A DNA stretch of 64,000 nt, from assembly GCF_036321535.1 (NCBI RefSeq), contig NC_087436.1:33482001-33546000 (forward strand), written 5' to 3'. Positions 61,721-64,000 of this stretch are shown here, in pieces; the first letter of the stretch is position 1, and every line of letters starts with the position of its first letter. Both the position numbers and the translations under genes were made by a program. The DNA is from Camelus dromedarius. Its lineage: Eukaryota. Below the pieces are notes generated by a model. It had not been told where the DNA came from. It saw only the letters and a list, made by a program, of their open reading frames with translations, and made no database searches.

Positions 61721-64000
61721 GTGTCATTGAGATACTCAGATAAATCTTCACGGAGGACATGCAAAGTGGGTAGAAACTTCATAGGTGCAAAGGGCATCCC
61801 TCTTATAAAAGTGGTAGAACAAGAAGTATTTTTAATTAGAAAATAATCCACTGCTATGAAGACATAGACTATATGACAGTGAGAAGAGAATTTTATTGCT
61901 TCTAATTCCTTGAATAACAATCATTTAATTATTTAGCAAGTGTTTAAAATTTTACATCCCAGTATTTCTCAGAAAAGATGAATAAGTAACTATCTCAGTA
62001 GAGAACCCCAGTACAAGCTTGCGTTTCCCTGATTAATACTTAAAGTCACATCTTAAAAAAGCTCACAAAGATTTCATGGAGTACAGTACGTCTCAAGGTT
62101 CAGAAGGTATAAATCCTCATAATCTCTGCATTTTCATTTTCTTTAAATTGTGATTGAAAATAAATTGGGGGAAAAGGAATAGGCATATATACTAAAAGTA
62201 CTTCTAAGCCAGAGTTGCTATTGCATAGATTAAAGAAGATATTTCAAGGGTCCAGCACCTTCAGTGCCAAAATTCAGCACTTAGGAAAGTATTTGGATGT
62301 GTCTTCTAATGACTTTTTAAATGTCAATTTCACTTAACTTTTTCATTTTATCAAAAAAGATACAAATCCAAGTGGATAAACATGAAGGGAAACATTGTAA
62401 ATACTAAAAAAAAAAAAATGTAAAAAATCAATTGTTTCATTTTGAGCTAATCGTAAGGTCATTAAAGGACGTGTAATCCTATAAAGTAAAACTCAAGTAC
62501 TCTGGTAGACTAGAAGGTAGGTAGAAGAAATTTCAAACTTCAGTTTAAGAGAGCTTAGTTGTTTGTTTTGCTTTGTTTCATGTTGTTTGTTTTAAGATAA
62601 AATTAAATATTGATTTTTTTTTAAAAAAGTCAAATGTTCTGAGTTAATCAAAGTAATTTTAGGAGATATTTTGTCATTATATAGTCACAACTTTCATACT
62701 GAAAAAAAATGAAGTTTTAATTTCCTTACTAAAACAAAAATAAATTAAGATGGGACTCTGTCATTAGAATATTTTTCCAGTTCTAAGATTACTGAAGATA
62801 ATATCCTCACTTATTTTCCATTAACACTTGATAGCAGCATCTTAAATGGGACAAATTTTATGAAATGACTTTGCTAAAAATAGATACAAAATTGAAGTAA
62901 CTTGTCTTGAAACAAGTGCCAACAAATAGCAAGTTAAAGGCTTTCATCAACAGATGGCTCTTAGAAATCTAAATTTTCTCCATCTGTAAATGCTATGATG
63001 CAGTTTTTTAAAAACTCATATTTCTAGTTTATTAATAAAATAATTATTTGTTTTCAGACGTTTACAAAGGGAAAGTTCTCTGCATCAGTAATTTTTAATT
63101 TTGATCTGGAAATTAAGACAACTGTATTTGTTAAAAAGAAAAACCTAATTTGTTAAACTTCTTTAAAATTTGAGCTAAGAAAAAAATGTTCTTAATAAAA
63201 TCTTATTTTTTAACATAGAACCATTTAGGACATATTGAAATCTGTGTTTTTGAATATGTGTAGAATATTATTTCTACTAGTACTTATAGTAATATAACAT
63301 TATCTAAATGATCCTTTAAAATGATTTTGTGTTTCACTTTAAAAAAATAAAATGCTCATATTTTGCATATTGAATATATATTACAGAAGTAAATGATTGA
63401 AGCTTTATAGTTCTTGGTTCATCATTTTAAATAAATTATTGGAAAGTGTTTTATGACTAGATATTTACAAAGCATCTGAACTTGAAAGTGAAATACTAGG
63501 TTTTGGACTGCAAATTCTCAATCTAGTATTTTGCTTATATGTTTGTCTATAAATACTGGAAACGTCAAAATGAATGTGGTTTTCCCTGTACACCAAGACA
63601 ATGTGCCATAAGAGAGACAGCTGAACAAACAGATAATTAAAATATTATAGATAGGAAGAGGTATGTGCACTTAAAAAAAAAACAGGTAATTATGAGGTGA
63701 AAGCATGAGGACTAGGTGATTAATTTCATTGAGGGAGCCAGGAGGGGGAAGTCATCAGAATACCAGTCACTTTAATGGAAACAAGATACCACAATCCTAA
63801 ATAAAGTTAAAAAAAGTTTCCCAGTTAACACATAAGAGTTTCTTACTTCCTTTGTTGTTCTAACTGTATGGGTAACACTTCATACAATTCAGAGCACCAC
63901 ATTTACAAAGGACACTGAGGGACGAAACCATATTTGGATGAGAGAGAACAAGACAGTAATGGTAATAGGAGCCACTTCAGATGAGAAAACTGAGTAAACA

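Noticed and set aside
1..64000. A novel multi-gene biological system (defence island, operon, CRISPR, non-retroviral endogenous virus)
   Set aside because: No ORF in the track exceeds 129 aa, and I saw no CpG island or spaced repeat array. All protein-like motifs I could read trace to L1, L2, ERV-L or hAT elements.

Overview
AT-rich, strongly CpG-depleted placental-mammal genomic DNA (intergenic or deep intronic). I could not recognise any host protein-coding exon, tRNA, rRNA or CRISPR array. The short ORFs in the supplied track are either chance ORFs or decayed LINE-1/ERV remnants. A large part of the window is transposon debris: old and lineage-specific LINE-1 fragments, L2, MIR, hAT DNA-transposon relics, MaLR/ERVL LTRs, and a deleted ERV-L (MLT2) provirus at 36740-40704 that still shows its PBS, gag, protease and RT motifs and a 5-bp target-site duplication. 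The young L1 3' UTRs are cetartiodactyl-type, and I saw no Alu, B1/B2, PRE-1, Bov-A/BovB or Can-SINE, which tentatively suggests a camelid. The most informative observations are insertion and repair histories: nested insertions, TSDs with CpG decay, a 5'-inverted L1, and a deletion+duplication+foreign insertion inside ERV pol. There are also a few speculative exon and enhancer candidates in repeat-free stretches. I found no convincing novel biological system. Repeat family names come from recalled consensus sequences, not from a search, and boundaries of old elements are approximate.
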